In this document: in pieces, positions 30,085-39,939 of the stretch
Layout: every line of letters begins with the position of its first letter
How positions within the stretch are numbered: position 1 is the stretch's first letter
Source: Limnochordia bacterium
GTDB lineage: Bacteria; Bacillota; Limnochordia; DTU080
DNA length: 64,000 nucleotides
Assembly: GCA_050951545.1 (NCBI GenBank)
Contig: JBMNJG010000004.1
Coordinates: 125,406-189,405 of the forward strand
Reading direction: 5' to 3'
Notes under the pieces: model-generated
What the model was told of the DNA's origin: nothing
The model's database searches: none
What the model saw: the letters and a program-made list of their open reading frames with translations, nothing else
Translations under genes and position numbers: made by a program

Positions 30085-33000
30085 CTAGCACTTCGTGTAG
30101 CCGCAAGCCTTGCAGACGAAGCAGCCCTCTTCGCGAGCAAGGGCGGCGATACCGCAGGTGGGGCACAGATCCATACCGGAGCCAAAATCAATCGTGACTT
30201 GGATGCCCTGACTGCGTTGACTGTCCTCTATATGCACCTTTAGTGTCTTGGCCAAGGCATCAGGCACCGACGAGATGCGATTGATACCAAAGCCAACTGA
30301 CGTAGAACCTCCGATGTCAGAGAGGTGTTTCACCAGCATCTGGACTTTCTCATCTGCGGTCTTCATCCCGGCGTGTTTCAGGAATAGGGTAGCCAGCCTT
30401 CCGAGTGCTTCAGACATCGCGGAGATGTCACTTCCTGCCTTGCCGATGTTGAGGAAGACTTCGATGGGATCGCCTTGATACTCGTTTACCGTAATGAACG
30501 CTTTGCCCAACGGCGTCAGCCACTCATATGTCGCACCAGACAATTTGTGAGGCCTACCGGGCCACCGACGCTCTCTTTCTGGCGCAGGTACATCGGCTGG
30601 AGGTGCTTGAGCAGGGGCCTCTTTGTGCGCTTCGTCGGGTGTTTCTTCCTTCTTGGTCAGCACCTGCTCATTGCGTGAACCGTCTCGATAGATGGTGACA
30701 CCTTTGCAGCCCAGTTCATAGGCGTACTCGTAGAGTTCCTTCGTTTGCTCGAGGCTATAGTGATTGGGCGCGTTGGCGGTCTTGCTGATGGAGGAGTCGG
30801 TCCACGCTTGTATGGCTGCCTGCACCTGAATATGCTCTTTCGGAGCCAGTTCCATGGCCGAGACAAAGTAGTCGGGTAGATTGTCGAGCTGGCTTTCGAG
30901 CTCGGGATGCTGCCTGAAATACTCAGCTACGATGCGTTCTTGCACCTCATTGACACCAAGGCGTCCTTTGCGCCAGTAGGTCCATGAGTAATAGGGTTCG
31001 ATGCCAGTACTAGTTCCAATCATCGTTCCTGTAGAGCCAGTTGGCGCCTGGGTGAGTACACACACATTGCGCATCCCTTTTTCCTCGATATGTGCTCGCA
31101 CGTGTTCCGGCAGCTTCTTAACGAACCCGCCTTGTAGGTACTTCTCTTTGTCAAATTTGGGAAAGGCGCCCTTTTCCGCCGACAGATTGGCACTTGCCGA
31201 ATACGCTTCCGTGGCTATGAACCGGTAAAGCTCGTCAATGAACTCGAGGCTTTCGGGCGAACCGTAGCGTATTCCCATACGGATGAGCATCTCGCCCAAG
31301 CCCATGGTACCCATGCCCACCCGGCGTTGCCCTTTCTGAACATCCTCGTTTTGGGGAAAGAAATACGGGGTGATGTCAATGATGTTGTCAAGGAAGCGCA
31401 CACCCGCATGGATGGCGCGACGCAATGACTCCCAATCTACACTAGCCTCGCCAATGGGACCTGCGGCGAAACGACTCAGGTTGATGTGTCCGAGATTGCA
31501 GACTCCCCAAGGGGGCAGGGGCTGTTCGGCACAGTTATGCACAATCAGTCCGTTGGCGCAGAAAGCGCTGGCCTGCTCTACCGTCAGATCATAGACCATC
31601 TCTTGGCCATCCGGCACAAGCGCCTTGAAAGTGGCCACAAAGCGCTCATCGCCAGTTTGGGGTGCCAATGCCTGGAGTTCGCTCTGTTTGTCCGAATCCA
31701 AGAGACCGATCTGTTCTTGAAGGCGCCTAAGGCTAGGGCCACTGATCTGTAACTGTGAGGAGGCACGAAGACGACCCAAGATACCGAAGTTGAGCAGCAA
31801 CAGCTGCACAGCTTGCAGAAACTGCTCCGAATCGCTCGCCAACGCCACTGCATTGCTCTCATTGTCGACAAACGCGTGGGCTGTGAACAGAGACTGTAGG
31901 AAGCCCATCTGCATCTCTCGGGTGCCCTGAAGTACGTGATAGGGTAGGTGGGAGCAGCTGGTGTCAGCGCCCAGGCTGCGGCCTAGCTCCAACGAACCGC
32001 TTTTACCGAAGGCTCCTCCCCGATTGTGTATGAGGATGCCGTCGCCGGGTGTCAGGTCTTGCGCTTGTACCCAGCCGCGATTGTCAGTGAGAAGACGATG
32101 GTCAGCAGTGAGGCGTAGTTCGAAACCTTCCTCGGTAGTGAGGCGGAACACGGGTTTGAACCCCGAAGCAAAAACCTCCGAAGCTGGTGTGAATGGTGGA
32201 GAGCCCAGGCGCGAATCCGTGGCGACGTTGAGAGCAGAATTGCGCAGATACAGATCATCGGTGCGCCAAAGCCCTTGATCTGTGTAAAGGATACTATCGC
32301 CAGTGACACATGGGTTGGTGCTGATCAGATCCTCGAAGTACCAGCTATTGGAGTACTCGTTCATACGCTCGAGAAAGACCACACCAGGTTCGGCGCTCAT
32401 CCACGCAGACTCCATGATGGTGTTCCATATTTCGCGAGCTTTCAGCGTACGATGTGTCTTGACTGGTTTGCCAAGCTTGCGCCATCGCTGCATGCTGCCG
32501 TCCCACAGTTCATCATACTCGGGGTCCTGCGTATCTGGGAACTCGAGGTTCCAGTTGGCGTCCTCTCTTACGGCTTCCATGAAGGCGTGGCTGATGGCAA
32601 CGGAGATATTGGCGTTATTGATGGCTTGCATGTCGCGCTTGGCCTTGATGAACTCCAAGAGATCAGGGTGCCAGTCTTCCAGAATAAGCATGAGGGCGCC
32701 TCTGCGGCTTCCGCCTTGCTCAACCAGGCCCGTAGCAAAGCTAAATAACGCCCCCCAGCTCACAGAGCCGGAGCTGCGTCCGTTGACCCCTGCAACATAA
32801 GACAGGCGCGGCCGCAGGGCAGAAAGGTTTATACCGACACCACCGCCTCGAGACATGATCTCCACCATGTTGCCCAGAGTATCGATGATCGCCTGTCGAG
32901 AGTCGATGCCACCATCACCGTCGGGGCGGATGGGGATGACGTAGCAGTTATAGGCTGTGAGATTCTGTCCCGTACCTAACATCGCGTTTATGCGCCCACC

Positions 33001-33432
33001 TGGGCTAAAACGAAAATCACCTAAGAGCCAGCGGAACTCCTTTCTCAGTTCAGCCTGCTTTGTTGGTTCCTCCACGGTCACCACGCTGCGCGCCATGCGA
33101 TCCCACATGTCTTCCGGGAGAAGCTCAAGCGGCTTATCTACTTTTTTGCGATCCTGAACGAAAAGCTCGCCCGAGCTTTTGAGCTCTATGGACAGCATGT
33201 CACCATCTATTGAGCGGACAACGCCCACGTCCTTTTGCGGAAACCGGGGGTCCTCCTTCACCAGTACGACGACGGTGTCGCCCGGTGCGATTCTCTTGTT
33301 AGGATCCTTCATGGCGTAGCGATCAAGGAAAATGAGTTCGGAGATGCCATCGAGAGTCACGCGCTCCTCCTCTGCGTCTGACGTGACAGATGGTGTGGGG
33401 TGAGGTTGGGAGTTGGGTAGAGATGATGTCAA
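30085..33432 (-). CDS. nrdJ: Adenosylcobalamin-dependent ribonucleoside-diphosphate reductase (class II, NrdJ) containing one intein
   Basis: The class II active-site motif TNP|C...AEQPLPPWGVCNLG is split by an insertion. C-terminal Zn-ribbon CPTCG...CKACG is present. Mature extein is about 856 aa. Confidence 0.85.
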   Translation of the reverse strand: MTSSLPNSQPHPTPSVTSDAEEERVTLDGISELIFLDRYAMKDPNKRIAPGDTVVVLVKEDPRFPQKDVGVVRSIDGDMLSIELKSSGELFVQDRKKVDKPLELLPEDMWDRMARSVVTVEEPTKQAELRKEFRWLLGDFRFSPGGRINAMLGTGQNLTAYNCYVIPIRPDGDGGIDSRQAIIDTLGNMVEIMSRGGGVGINLSALRPRLSYVAGVNGRSSGSVSWGALFSFATGLVEQGGSRRGALMLILEDWHPDLLEFIKAKRDMQAINNANISVAISHAFMEAVREDANWNLEFPDTQDPEYDELWDGSMQRWRKLGKPVKTHRTLKAREIWNTIMESAWMSAEPGVVFLERMNEYSNSWYFEDLISTNPCVTGDSILYTDQGLWRTDDLYLRNSALNVATDSRLGSPPFTPASEVFASGFKPVFRLTTEEGFELRLTADHRLLTDNRGWVQAQDLTPGDGILIHNRGGAFGKSGSLELGRSLGADTSCSHLPYHVLQGTREMQMGFLQSLFTAHAFVDNESNAVALASDSEQFLQAVQLLLLNFGILGRLRASSQLQISGPSLRRLQEQIGLLDSDKQSELQALAPQTGDERFVATFKALVPDGQEMVYDLTVEQASAFCANGLIVHNCAEQPLPPWGVCNLGHINLSRFAAGPIGEASVDWESLRRAIHAGVRFLDNIIDITPYFFPQNEDVQKGQRRVGMGTMGLGEMLIRMGIRYGSPESLEFIDELYRFIATEAYSASANLSAEKGAFPKFDKEKYLQGGFVKKLPEHVRAHIEEKGMRNVCVLTQAPTGSTGTMIGTSTGIEPYYSWTYWRKGRLGVNEVQERIVAEYFRQHPELESQLDNLPDYFVSAMELAPKEHIQVQAAIQAWTDSSISKTANAPNHYSLEQTKELYEYAYELGCKGVTIYRDGSRNEQVLTKKEETPDEAHKEAPAQAPPADVPAPERERRWPGRPHKLSGATYEWLTPLGKAFITVNEYQGDPIEVFLNIGKAGSDISAMSEALGRLATLFLKHAGMKTADEKVQMLVKHLSDIGGSTSVGFGINRISSVPDALAKTLKVHIEDSQRSQGIQVTIDFGSGMDLCPTCGIAALAREEGCFVCKACGYTKC
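31534..32310 (-). other. Intein (259 aa) inserted in the NrdJ active-site loop
   Basis: Begins with Cys (CVTGDSILYT) immediately after the extein TNP. Ends with ...GLIVHN followed by the +1 extein Cys (CAEQPL). The internal FLQSLFTAHAFVD may be a degenerate LAGLIDADG remnant. Confidence 0.8.
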
Positions 33433-33479
33433 GGAATGAGTCCTCCTTCTGAAAAAGACTTCGACACTTTGCCCCAGAC

Positions 33480-33965
33480 CTATCGTGAGTCTTCGTCGGG
33501 CTGGCTATGATGGAGCAGCTTCTGGAGTTCGTTCATGAAGCGCTGGATGTCGCCAAACTGGCGATACACTGATGCAAAGCGTACGTAGGCGACCTCATCG
33601 ATTTCGCGCAGCCCTTGCATTACCAGTTCGCCTACACTTCGTGAAGAGATCTCTTGCTCCATGCGATTGCGCAAGGTTGTCTCTACCTGATCGACAAGGT
33701 TCTCTAGGGTGGCTAGGGCAACTGGTCGCTTCTCACACGCGGTGAGGAGGCCGCGCAGTATCTTCTGGCGATCAAACTCCTCGCGCCTACCGTCCTTCTT
33801 GATCACCATGAGCGGTACAGACTCCACACGTTCGTAGGTAGTAAAGCGACCGTCACAACACGCACAGGCGCGACGGCGCCGAATGGCACGACCTTCGGAC
33901 GTTGGACGGGAGTCAACGACGCGGCTGTCCACTTCTCCACAGTAAGGGCATTTCACTATGTACAC
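33480..33965 (-). CDS. nrdR: Transcriptional repressor NrdR
   Basis: Zn-ribbon CPYCG...CxxC followed by an ATP-cone. GTG start at 33965. Sits directly upstream of nrdJ on the same strand. Confidence 0.85.
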   Translation of the reverse strand: MYIVKCPYCGEVDSRVVDSRPTSEGRAIRRRRACACCDGRFTTYERVESVPLMVIKKDGRREEFDRQKILRGLLTACEKRPVALATLENLVDQVETTLRNRMEQEISSRSVGELVMQGLREIDEVAYVRFASVYRQFGDIQRFMNELQKLLHHSQPDEDSR

Positions 33966-34635
33966 CTGCTAGCACAACATATGGTACCCAGATCAGTATA
34001 GACCCCTACATCTTGACCGTCAAAAGAGATTAGATCACGTTTGGATGTGTCTGACTCCCATTTTCGCGTGCGCAGGAGCTTTTGCTCGCTATCTTGGACA
34101 GACTACAGTAGTGGTCCAGAGGAGTACGCATGCCCGCACAGCATCACATGATCCTCTGGGGAGGTGAGTGTTCATGGGAAACATAGGCACATACGATGCT
34201 TTGTTACGTATAGGCACCGGCGCTTTGGCCTTGGCGTGGGCGAGTAGCCGATCCCGCTGGAGCGGGATTACGTCGCTTGTCGCAACTTGTGGCGCTGTGC
34301 TTGTCGGGGAAGGCATCACTCGTTTCAGCCCTCTCTATGCTGTCATGTCTCTGACAACTGTCGAGGATGAGGGAGAAAAGGTGATCTTGCGTGTGGGCCC
34401 GGTGACCTATCGCCGCCGCCCCCATAGTTCGAGAGCTGGATGCACGCTATGGGGCGTGACTCAAGACACGACCCTGCTGACGAATCACCTGAGCTCAGTT
34501 CGCTGTCGGCGAACAAGACGGACTGGCATTCACCGCGACGATGGGAGCCTACTTGACCTAGTGGCAGGGAAAGCGCGCCAGATGTGGAAGAACCAGAGCG
34601 TGCGCAAAGCAGCTCAGGGAGGGTCAGGTAATAGT

Positions 34636-36084
34636 ATGGCAAATATCGATCAGCTTCGTAATACATGGAATCAGCTTTACCAGGAGAATTTGTCCGAAGG
34701 GTTCGCCGCTGTGCGCGACTTGCCAGGTGTAGTGGTGGGTATTCACTCAGTCATCGACGGACTCAAGCGCCTCGATGTCGCTCAGCTCGAACAGGTTTTG
34801 GCGGACGATCCAGACTTGGCGGATGCTGCTCTGGAGGCGAGCGAAAAGGAGCTTGTGCCAGGCGAGATCAACACCCCGCGCGATTTTATCATTGGGTTGT
34901 TCACATCCTTTAGTCGGGGCAAGGCCCTGCAGCTTATGATTCGGCAAGAGTCAGCCTTTAATTGGGCACTGGAGAAACTCGGCTATGACTTTCTCCGTAT
35001 GGGTGGTACTTCGGGTAACATGGCCAACTCGTTGTCACCGCTGGGTTTTCCCATGGTGGTCTACGCCAATCCGCTCACACGTGAGTTGGCCGAGCTTTTC
35101 GTCGACAGGCCGAACTTGAAGGTGTTGGCCGCTGATGGCACCCCGAAGCCGCCAAAAGAAGCTGCTCAAGGCGAGGGTATCAAGGCGCTGCACCTGATCG
35201 TGGAGTATTCCACTGGCGACACTGTCACTGTGAAGGGCAAGAAGATCACCACGCCACGGGCCAATCGGTTCATTGCCGCCTGGAACCCTGTCAACAATAA
35301 GTTGCAGATTGATCCCACATGGAAGACGAATTTCCTAGCTATGGCAGATCAGGTCAGTCACTTTGTGGTCTCCGGTTTCCATATTCTCTCGGAGCGCTAT
35401 CCGGATGGTACCACGTATGCGGACTATCTGGCTCCTGTAGGCGAGTACCTGGCCGAGGTGCGCGCTCGCCACCCGCATCTGCGCCTGCACTATGAGTTTG
35501 CCAGCATCGCGAGCTCACATATCCGTCGCGGCATCCTCAAAGACATCTTGCCAAGAGTGCACAGTCTTGGACTCAATGAGGTAGAGCTGGCAGCTGTGCT
35601 AGACGACATCGGTGCAGTCGAAGAGGCTGCGGCCATGCGCAGGGAGGAAGGCATGGCGGCTATTCTCAAGGGTATGGATCGGTTGATGCGCCATACAGGT
35701 CTCGATCGCATTCAGCTGCATGATTTGGGCTACTACCTCACCTTGGTTCGTCCTGGCTATGCACCGCAGGAGAAGACGCGTACGGGCCTGATCTTGGCGG
35801 CGACTCTGGCAGCGAGCCGCACAGCAACGGGCAAGGTAGGTACTGAGGCTGAGATACGACAAGGCCTAGAGTTCCCGTTCATGGATGCCGCTCTTAAGAA
35901 GGCTGCGGAGATCAGCGAGTTTATCGGTGACGAGCAGTTGACGAAGACGGGTCTGGGCACGTGGAAGGACTGGCAGGTTGCCTATTTGCCGACCCGCGTG
36001 GTACCAAAGCCAGTGCTGACTGTAGGCCTGGGCGACCTAATCTCCGCATCGGCGTTCACAGTGGGCAGTCCTACCCACGCCTAG
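34636..36084 (+). CDS. ADP-dependent sugar kinase family protein (ADP-PFK/ADP-GK-like)
   Basis: GGTSGNMANSLSPLG and the C-terminal TVGLGDLISASAF motif, both characteristic of ADP-dependent PFK/GK. GGGAGGG RBS lies before ATG 34636. Continuous in frame with an upstream DUF2892-like segment (see findings). Confidence 0.65.
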   Translation: MANIDQLRNTWNQLYQENLSEGFAAVRDLPGVVVGIHSVIDGLKRLDVAQLEQVLADDPDLADAALEASEKELVPGEINTPRDFIIGLFTSFSRGKALQLMIRQESAFNWALEKLGYDFLRMGGTSGNMANSLSPLGFPMVVYANPLTRELAELFVDRPNLKVLAADGTPKPPKEAAQGEGIKALHLIVEYSTGDTVTVKGKKITTPRANRFIAAWNPVNNKLQIDPTWKTNFLAMADQVSHFVVSGFHILSERYPDGTTYADYLAPVGEYLAEVRARHPHLRLHYEFASIASSHIRRGILKDILPRVHSLGLNEVELAAVLDDIGAVEEAAAMRREEGMAAILKGMDRLMRHTGLDRIQLHDLGYYLTLVRPGYAPQEKTRTGLILAATLAASRTATGKVGTEAEIRQGLEFPFMDAALKKAAEISEFIGDEQLTKTGLGTWKDWQVAYLPTRVVPKPVLTVGLGDLISASAFTVGSPTHA

Positions 36085-36102
36085 TTGCCTCCAAAAGAAG
36101 AA

Positions 36103-36140
36103 ACCGGTCGGTCATGTGCGGCCGACCGGTCCCTGAGCTT
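36103..36140. terminator. Bidirectional terminator hairpin between convergent ADP-kinase and cysK (accggtcgg...ccgaccggt, then ctttt)
   Basis: 9-bp perfect stem directly beyond both stop codons. Confidence 0.45.
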
Positions 36141-36141
36141 T

Positions 36142-37071
36142 TCATACTTCCTGCCACAACTCGGTGGAGAGGTAGCGTTCCCCAGTATCCGGCAAAATGA
36201 CAACAACAAGTTGGCCTTTGTTCTCTGGCCTGGTGGCGACAACAGAAGCTGCGTAGGCCGCGGCACCTGACGAGATGCCGACCAACACGCCCTCCTGGCG
36301 GGCTAGTTGACGGGCGGTTTCCATGGCCTCCTCGTCCCGGACTTGGAGGACCTCATCGATGAGTCGAGGGTCGTAGACATCCGGTACGAAACCAGCTCCG
36401 ATCCCCTGGATCTTATGTGGCCCGGGAGCGCCCCCGGAGAGCACCGGAGACCCGGCTGGCTCTACAGCGATTGTGCGAACCGCTGGCTTGTGCTTTTTCA
36501 GGCCTGCGGCGACGCCAGTGGCCGTGCCTCCTGTGCCTACAGTGCTCACGACAATGTCTACCGCCCCGTCTGTGTCACGCCAGATCTCCTCAGCGGTAAT
36601 ATCCCTATGAATCTGCGGATTTGCTGGATTGGAGAACTGCATCGGTACGAACGTGTCGGGCAGCTGACGTGCCAGCCCCTGCGCCTTGGCTATGGCTCCA
36701 GCCATGCCCTCAGCTCCTGGCGTGAGAATCAGCTCGGCTCCATATGCTTTGAGTAGCGCGCGACGCTCGCTACTCATTGTGTCGGGCATCGTCAGAATAA
36801 GCCTGTATCCTTTTGCCGCACAGACCAAAGCCAAGCCAATGCCTGTATTGCCGCTAGTAGGCTCAATCACCACTGTCTGTGAGCTCAAGAGGCCCTGCGC
36901 TTCGGCCGCGGCGATCATGTTGAAGCCGACGCGGTCTTTCACGCTTCCTCCGGGGTTAAAGCACTCCAATTTGGCGTACACATCGGCACCAGTGCGCTCG
37001 CTGATGTGGTTGAGCCTCAGCAGAGGCGTGTCGCCGATGAGATCAATGACGGAACTGGCCACTCTTGCCAT
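36142..37071 (-). CDS. cysK: Cysteine synthase A (O-acetylserine sulfhydrylase)
   Basis: PLP-lysine region PGGSVKDR and GNTGIGLA. 309 aa. Confidence 0.88.
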   Translation of the reverse strand: MARVASSVIDLIGDTPLLRLNHISERTGADVYAKLECFNPGGSVKDRVGFNMIAAAEAQGLLSSQTVVIEPTSGNTGIGLALVCAAKGYRLILTMPDTMSSERRALLKAYGAELILTPGAEGMAGAIAKAQGLARQLPDTFVPMQFSNPANPQIHRDITAEEIWRDTDGAVDIVVSTVGTGGTATGVAAGLKKHKPAVRTIAVEPAGSPVLSGGAPGPHKIQGIGAGFVPDVYDPRLIDEVLQVRDEEAMETARQLARQEGVLVGISSGAAAYAASVVATRPENKGQLVVVILPDTGERYLSTELWQEV

Positions 37072-37162
37072 GCTGCATCTCCTTCTGGGAACAGGGCTCC
37101 GAGTGCATTCATGCTAGCATGAGTTGTCTGTGGGTGCAAGGACAGGACAGGTCATGAAAACA

Positions 37163-37191
37163 TTGACAGGAGGCCGGAGGCCAGGTATACT
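37163..37191 (+). promoter_or_regulatory. Sigma-A-type promoter TTGACA-17-TATACT driving the SAM riboswitch and metY-metX
   Basis: Hexamers TTGACA (37163-37168) and TATACT (37186-37191) with a 17-nt spacer, about 35 nt upstream of the aptamer. Confidence 0.5.
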
Positions 37192-37229
37192 CCAGATAAT
37201 CTGCACCACCAAAAGTGCATACTGGCAAG

Positions 37230-37402
37230 AACTCTTATCTAGAGTGGCAGAGGGACTGGCCCGATGAAGCCCGGCAACCGGCAACCCGTGTGGTTGTGTC
37301 ATGGTGCTAATTCCTGCAGGATCACAGATCCTGGAAGATGAGAGGGAGTCTGCAGATGATTTTTCGTCAATATGCCTCTCCCTTTCTCAGGAGAGGTTTT
37401 TT
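37230..37402 (+). ncRNA. SAM-I (S-box) riboswitch with terminator expression platform
   Basis: CTCTTATCtAGAGtGGcaGAGGGACTGGCCCGATGAAGCCCGGCAACC...GGTGCTAATTCCTGCAG...GATGAGAGG matches the S-box consensus. The terminator CCTCTCC-loop-GGAGAGG+TTTTTT lies at 37374-37402. Confidence 0.85.
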
Positions 37403-37430
37403 GCGTGCCAGATCAAGGAGGTCAACACCG

Positions 37431-38720
37431 ATGACATCAGCAAGCGAGTATCATTTCGATACACTAGCGGTTCATGCAGGTCAGGAGCCCGATCCTACGA
37501 CGGGTTCATGTGCGGTGCCCATTTACCAGACTGCGGCGTATGTCTTTCGCGATGCCGAGCACGCGGCCGATCTTTTCGCCCTCGAGCAGTCCGGTTACAT
37601 CTACAGCCGCTTGTCGAACCCCACGACCGCGGTCTTTGAAAGGCGCATGGCTACGCTAGAGGGAGGCGTCGGCGCCTTGGCAGTGGGGGCCGGACAGACT
37701 GCAGAGCTGTTCGCTGTGTGCAACATCGCTGGCGCAGGGGATGAGATCATCTCTTCAGCCAGTCTGTACGGCGGCACTTACACGCTATTTGGCAACACAC
37801 TGCGCAGGCTCGGCGTCACGGTTAAGTTTGTGGAACCCGGTGATCCGGAGAGCTTCCGCAGCGCCATCGGTCCGCATACCCGAGCTATCTATGCGGAGAC
37901 AATTGGTAACCCCAGGCTGGATGTGCTGGATATTGAGGCTGTTGCCAGCGTTGCGCATGAGAATGGGATTCCGCTTATCGTCGACAACACATTCGCTACG
38001 CCATATCTGTGCCGTCCCTTGGAGTGGGGAGCCGACGTCGTCATCCATTCCGCCACGAAGTGGATCGGCGGTCATGGCAGTTCGATTGGCGGAGTGATTG
38101 TCGATGGTGGCCGTTTCGCCTGGGACAATGGCAAATTCCCCGAGTTAACCCAGCCCGATAGCAGCTATCATGGCGTGGTCTACACAGAGCATTTCGGGCC
38201 CGCCGCTTATATTGCGAAGTGCCGTCTGCAGCTCATGCGAGACATGGGCGGGCCGCTCGCGCCATTCCACAGTTTCCTCTTTCTTCAGGGCCTCGAGACC
38301 TTGGCTGTACGAATGGAACGCCATGCCCGAAATGCTCAGGCAGTAGCACGTTTTCTCTCTGAGCACCCTGCCGTTAACTGGGTCAGTTATCCCGGGCTGC
38401 CAAGTCACGCCTCTTTTGCTCTAGCTCAAAAGTACTTGCCTCAAGGTGGTGGAGCTGTGGTCACGTTCGGTATCCGGGGTGGCAGGGAGGCTGGACGACG
38501 CTTCATTGGCGCTCTCGAGCTATTCGCTCTTGTAGCCAACGTGGGCGACACCCGATCACTCGTCATTCATCCAGCATCGACAACGCACCACCAGCTCACA
38601 CGCGAGGAGCAGGCGGCCAGCGGCGTAAGCGAGGATTTGATTCGGCTCTCAGTTGGCATCGAAAACGAACGGGATATCCTCGCAGATCTGGACCAGGCTT
38701 TGAGGCGAGCGGTCTCCTAA
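37431..38720 (+). CDS. metY: O-acetylhomoserine aminocarboxypropyltransferase (O-acetylhomoserine sulfhydrylase)
   Basis: Opens [21 protein letters not shown]-lysine ATKWIGGHG. Start reset to ATG 37431 with AAGGAGG RBS. The track ORF upstream is riboswitch sequence. Confidence 0.85.
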   Translation: MTSASEYHFDTLAVHAGQEPDPTTGSCAVPIYQTAAYVFRDAEHAADLFALEQSGYIYSRLSNPTTAVFERRMATLEGGVGALAVGAGQTAELFAVCNIAGAGDEIISSASLYGGTYTLFGNTLRRLGVTVKFVEPGDPESFRSAIGPHTRAIYAETIGNPRLDVLDIEAVASVAHENGIPLIVDNTFATPYLCRPLEWGADVVIHSATKWIGGHGSSIGGVIVDGGRFAWDNGKFPELTQPDSSYHGVVYTEHFGPAAYIAKCRLQLMRDMGGPLAPFHSFLFLQGLETLAVRMERHARNAQAVARFLSEHPAVNWVSYPGLPSHASFALAQKYLPQGGGAVVTFGIRGGREAGRRFIGALELFALVANVGDTRSLVIHPASTTHHQLTREEQAASGVSEDLIRLSVGIENERDILADLDQALRRAVS

Positions 38721-38763
38721 GGTGAGTGTGTCAGCGATCGCGTAAGAAAGGAGCATCTGTCCG

Positions 38764-39924
38764 ATGGCCTATCTGACTCAAACAGTGCCCCGCAGTGCAT
38801 TTCCGAACTTGAAGCGTCGTCCGTTCATGCGCTACTTCACTTTGGATCAGAGCGTACCATTCGTTTTAGACTGTGGGCTAGAGTTTGGGCCGGTGACCCT
38901 GGCCTATGAGACCTACGGCAAGCTAAACGCGGCTCGCGACAACGCTATACTCGTAGCCCATGCGCTTACGGGTGATTCCCATTGCGCTAGCCACGGCAGC
39001 CATGATCCGGAGGCTGGTTGGTGGGAGTCACTTGTGGGCCCAGGACGTGTCTTTGATACCCGCCGCTACTTTGTCATCTGCAGCAATGTGCTCGGTGGAT
39101 GCCAGGGCTCGACGGGACCAGCGAGTTACGATCCGTCTACCCAGGAACCCTATGCCATGCGCTTCCCAGTGATTACGATCCGGGATATGGTTCGTGCTCA
39201 GAAGGCGCTTGTCGAGCATCTGGGCATCACCCGTTTAGCAAGCGTGGTGGGGGGATCGATGGGAGGCATGCAGGCACTGACGTGGGCAGTGGAGTTTCCG
39301 GGTGCTGTAGACTCTCTCATGGTGATCGCGGCTCCAGGAAGAGCATCGTCGCAGTCTATCGCCTACAACGAGGTCATGCGGCGGGCTGTTATGACAGACC
39401 CACAATGGAAATCAGGCGACTATTATGGCACGCCGGGGCCAGTAAATGGACTCATGACGGCGCGCATGCTGGGCATGATCACGTACCAGAGTGACCAATC
39501 GATGATGCTCAAGTTTGGGCGAGGTGTTGTGGGCAATAGCATAGGTGATCTGTTTTGTATGGGCACGCAGTTTCAGGTCGAGAGTTACCTGCACTACCAG
39601 GGCACCAAATTGGTCGAGCGATTTGATGCCAACACCTATCTATACCTGACCCGAGCTATCGACCTTTTCGATCTCAGCCTGGGCTATGCCTCCTATGAGG
39701 CTGCCCTAGACCGCATCTCGTGCCCGGTCCTTGTGGTGGGGGTTTCCTCTGATATCCTTTATCCTACTTGGCAGCAAGAGGAGATTGCCGCGCTTCTCAG
39801 AAGTCAGGATAAGCGAGTCGAATATGAGACGATAGAGACGCCATATGGACATGACGGGTTCTTGATCGAGTTCGAGAAGATGGTCCCCGTGTTGAAGGTT
39901 TTTTTGTCCCGGTGCAGCAACTGA
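38764..39924 (+). CDS. metX: Homoserine O-acetyltransferase
   Basis: GGSMGGMQALTWA nucleophile elbow and an alpha/beta-hydrolase MetX pattern. The start may be the internal ATG 38827. Confidence 0.82.
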   Translation: MAYLTQTVPRSAFPNLKRRPFMRYFTLDQSVPFVLDCGLEFGPVTLAYETYGKLNAARDNAILVAHALTGDSHCASHGSHDPEAGWWESLVGPGRVFDTRRYFVICSNVLGGCQGSTGPASYDPSTQEPYAMRFPVITIRDMVRAQKALVEHLGITRLASVVGGSMGGMQALTWAVEFPGAVDSLMVIAAPGRASSQSIAYNEVMRRAVMTDPQWKSGDYYGTPGPVNGLMTARMLGMITYQSDQSMMLKFGRGVVGNSIGDLFCMGTQFQVESYLHYQGTKLVERFDANTYLYLTRAIDLFDLSLGYASYEAALDRISCPVLVVGVSSDILYPTWQQEEIAALLRSQDKRVEYETIETPYGHDGFLIEFEKMVPVLKVFLSRCSN

Positions 39925-39939
39925 AGACTAGTCTATACG

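Noticed and set aside
36307-37117. Plus-strand ORFs overlapping cysK (149 aa, 143 aa)
   Set aside because: They are antisense to a clearly conserved CysK reading frame and have biased composition.
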